Virus record (IMG/VR): IMGVR_UViG_3300002164_000001
Coordinates: 1 to 43,923 of that record
Direction: 5' to 3' (one strand)
DNA from: a virus
DNA: 43,923 nucleotides
Below are positions 43,818-43,923 of the stretch, piece by piece. Each line of letters starts with the position of its first letter. The first letter of the stretch is position 1. Position numbers and translations under genes: made by a program. The notes beneath the pieces were generated by a model. The model made no database searches and was not told the origin of the DNA. It worked only from the letters and a program-made list of their open reading frames with translations.

Positions 43818-43923
43818 AGCTTTGCCCTCCTTAAAAAATATTTCTGAAAATATTCAGCAAAAACTATTGACATACTGAATTAAATCAGTATAATATAATT
43901 ATAGCTGAAATAATTCAGCAAAT

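Larger units (their letters stand above)
42726..43923. repeat. Exact direct duplicate of 1-1198 (wrap-around)
   Basis: Same evidence as for feature 1-1198. Confidence 0.95.

Noticed and set aside
1-43923. Stop-codon reassignment (TAG or TGA recoding), as seen in some gut phages.
   Set aside because: Standard-code ORFs tile the genome almost gap-free with sensible domain content. No gene appears broken by in-frame TAG or TGA codons.

Overview
The window holds one complete temperate phage genome of 42,725 bp, written slightly past its own start. Bases 1-1198 recur exactly at 42726-43923, which I read as circular wrap-around or terminal redundancy rather than a second locus. The DNA is AT-rich, has Firmicutes-style purine-rich ribosome-binding sites, and is almost entirely coded on the + strand. 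All family calls come from motifs and gene order read by eye; no database search was run.

Gene order:
- A minus-strand lysogeny module: ImmA-like peptidase, XRE/CI-like repressor, a small membrane protein and a tyrosine integrase.
- A divergent Cro-like early operon.
- A replication and recombination module: SNF2 helicase, lytic transglycosylase, VRR-NUC nuclease, a Cas4-like nuclease fused to a Sak4-like ATPase, a DUF669-like SSB, a family-B polymerase and a primase-helicase.
- Nucleotide-metabolism genes: a truncated HsdM-like protein, a DUF1599-like protein, MazG and an HD hydrolase.
- A sigma-like late regulator.
- Packaging and head genes: TerS, TerL, portal, a MuF fusion, scaffold and capsid.
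- A PBSX-like contractile tail and baseplate with XkdK-to-XkdX synteny.
- A holin and amidase lysis cassette, followed by a candidate attP.

Main findings:
- **Diversity-generating retroelement (headline).** It sits between the tail-fibre gene and the XkdW/XkdX-like genes. A 125-bp template repeat (37140-37264) matches the last 125 bp of the fibre variable region (36933-37057). By my hand alignment there are 28 mismatches, and every one lies at a template adenine. A reverse transcriptase carrying IGxxxSQ and YMDD motifs follows. I could not find an Avd-like accessory gene.
- **Duplicated GTTCAAG site arrays.** Two inverted copies of a roughly 270-300 bp array lie upstream of the late regulator and of the lysogeny-module membrane gene.
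- **A15 coding tract.** An A15 run with an adjacent hairpin lies just upstream of int.
- **MuF fusion.** The MuF head protein carries an HExxH C-terminal domain and is followed by a small candidate immunity gene.
- **ATTAGTAACA motif.** It brackets terL and the candidate attP.
- **Tail-chaperone frameshift.** A canonical A_AAA_AAC -1 frameshift site lies at the end of the chaperone gene.
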